DNA of 64,000 bases from assembly GCF_033153115.1 (NCBI RefSeq), contig NW_026889779.1, positions 13,268,001-13,332,000 of the forward strand. The letters are read 5' to 3'. The position numbers were made by a program, and so were the translations under genes. This document shows, in pieces, positions 61,501 to 64,000 of the stretch. The DNA is from Saccostrea echinata (taxonomy: Eukaryota). Numbering within the stretch: position 1 is the first letter of the stretch; the number at the start of each line of letters is the position of its first letter. Under the pieces are notes generated by a model. The model had not been told where the DNA came from, ran no database searches, and saw nothing but the letters and a program-made list of their open reading frames with translations.

Positions 61501-63734
61501 TCATATTGCACAAAGAAAACAAATCAATATCGTGAACTCTGTGACGATTTAGAGGATAAAGGTACAGTTTCTTCTGTAAATGGTGTTTACACATTCTTTT
61601 GTGATGTCATATTCCTTATATATAAGATCAGGTCCTTTGTGTGTCTCTCGTATAGATGTCTTGTTAACAAAGTGGTGAAAAAATCTGGTAATAATGAATA
61701 ACATTAACATCTCATGGTTTGTAAGTTATTCACTATTCCTTTCTTTGTATAACTTCATTTTGTTCTTTTTATACCATATTATATATGGTCTATATGTCTC
61801 TGATTTAACTGTGAAGATAGAATTAAGCAGAAAAGAAGGTCTTATAAGATTTTTATTGAATAGGAATTATTTGAAAAGATGCATGCAAATCTTGAATTCT
61901 TAAATAAATTTTAGTTTTATTTATGATCTCTTTTAATATAAAGTTAACAGGGAATGACCTTGAATGCAAACTGCCCATTTTTTAAGCAAAGAAAACAGAA
62001 CTTTCATATCAATTCATTACTATAATCTGCAAGTTTTGGGGATTCTTGTTGAATGTGTTTTGATACAATCATGAATGTAAGCATTATTACCAAGTATTAT
62101 GAATATTTTTGCTCTAAAGGATATTGCCAAGCTTCAATTTTCATATAGATGTCAAATAATTAGGTTCAGTGGATATATGTTCCCTAAAGGGAAGTACACA
62201 GTATGTTGGCTTAAGAAACAAGATAATGATCCAAAGAACAAGCTAGATGTGTAAACAGGCTATCACCATTTGTCTAAATGTTGTTACATCATGTAAACAT
62301 GGTGGTAATATTGGTGAAGAGAACCATTCCTGGAAACCTTGGCAACACCAAATTCTGTCCTTATAAGGCAGATAACATAATTACTACCAGGTGTACTTTA
62401 ATTAGGTTTGTTCAAATGGATGTTTATATAAAAAGTTGTAGAAAAGTGCAAAGTTCTGTAAATTGTATTTTTAAATATGAGAAGTTATTCCAATATTATA
62501 AACTATTATAATTGCATTATCACTTAAACAGTGTGAAATTTAAGATTTAAGGCCCCTTTTACTATAGTCATTAGAGGGCTTGTTGGTCATGGCCATTTTC
62601 AGATGATTTAAAACTCCTGGAAAAGAAGAAATCTATCTTAAAATATAGGGAATTGCATTAAATGTGTGTGTGTGTGTGTATTGGGAGGGGGGGTCTATTA
62701 ATACGTAAAAGTTTATGGCTAAATGAATCAATTGTTTCATATTTTAAAGTGGATCCTTTGGATAATTTGTTGATCCTCCAGCCTCTTTAACTAGAGAAAG
62801 GTTTGTTTATGGATGACCAGTTACAGGTCTTTCCCACCTAGGCAACATCACATTTTCCTAAAGACTCGATTTATCAGAATCGGATAGCCACCGAATTGAA
62901 CGTTTGGCTTGCAGTTACTGAGTAAGAAAGAAGAGAGCATTAACCCCATGATCTGACTTTCAGACAATTTGTAGTCTGATTTTAGTATTCATAGCCATTA
63001 TTTGTGTGTTGTTAATTTTTGTACAAGCAAGTATAAACATGATTAAACACCTTGAGTACTAAATGTACATTTTTACAGGAGATTACATTGGATTTGAGTT
63101 ATTTGTTTAAGGTATTGGATTAGGAGTGTAAATAAGGTCATCCTGGTTTGAACTGTCAGGTGACTTTACCTGGCCAGAGGGATATTAATCACCATAATCT
63201 ATTGGATATATATACCATTGACAGATACACACGAAATTAACAGTTATATCTGTTATATTCATTTCACATTAAGGTCAACCAATTTCCCTTCAGTTATCAG
63301 TTGTTACTTGCTCATAGGCCCCTTGTTGATGAGGTATTTCAAATATTCAGTTTAAGGTAATCAAATTTTGAATAATTATTTTAAGATTAGCAATACGTGG
63401 TAAATTCAGCTCGTGAAATAATAAATGTGATACATTATGATGAAATTTCAGGATTCAGACAGTTTGACATTCAGAGAAGTGTAAGAATTAGAGTTTGATA
63501 CTGTTTAGGCAGTATAAATAGATCATTTGTACAATATGATGTGAATTGGAGCATAAATGGTCATATACAGTAGGAGAGGACTGCATTTATGGGTTATGTC
63601 TGGTTTGTTCATGTGTCATTACGGTAGACAATTGCATGTAAAGTTTTCTGTTATTCTCTTTAGAGAACTTGACAGGCTTTATTGCCTACATATAGGTTAA
63701 AAGCCTGCTGTCCAATCTCTAAAGAGAATACATG

Positions 63735-63948
63735 TACTGTAAACAAACTATTTTTCGCGTCATCTTTTATTCCCGATTTGTCAGTTTGAAATCAATCCAC
63801 GATTATTAATTTTCGTGACTGAGGAAGCATTCTCTCTAAATACAAAGCAAAATAAATGATTCACAGCAATTAATATTCGCGAGTAAAAGTAGGTCGCAAA
63901 ACTCGAGGATATTTCTCGCACGCAAGTAAAAGTTGGTTTACATTGTAT
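63735..63948. mobile_element. Tc1/mariner-type MITE
   Basis: Imperfect TIRs TACTGTAAACAAACT / AGTTGGTTTACATTGTA, with TTTTCGCG/CGCGAG subterminal motifs. Confidence 0.55.
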
Positions 63949-64000
63949 CTCTATGTATGTGCATTATTTGCACACTTTTTTTCCTAAGATAAATGTATTA

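Overview
Eukaryotic, AT-rich genomic DNA, most likely from an oyster/bivalve (inferred from a Cg170-like 166-bp satellite inside a Helentron-type element, mollusc-type SINEs and Penelope-like RT remnants). Genes I can reconstruct: MRPL17 (minus, 4 exons); an intronless Cys-loop cation-channel subunit that has lost the acetylcholine-binding aromatic residues; an EGF-repeat (MEGF/SREC-like) terminal exon; two tandem UPF0462/C4orf33 paralogs, one cytosolic-type and one with a signal-peptide exon and three extra N-glycosylation sequons; and the 5' part of a DUF4592 (CRACD/KIAA1210/KIAA1211-family) gene, arranged head-to-head with C4orf33. The rest is dense transposon debris: eight Helentron-type elements with internal tandem arrays (six with ~146-149-bp monomers), a Penelope-like retroelement carrying five nested insertions, and many MITEs with readable TIRs and TSDs. 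There is a 146-N assembly gap at 30342-30487. I found no prokaryote-style system (CRISPR, operon, retron). The best leads are the secreted C4orf33 paralog, the orphan Cys-loop receptor and a conserved structured RNA at the Penelope-like 3' end. All assignments were made by eye and from recall of family motifs, with no database searches.
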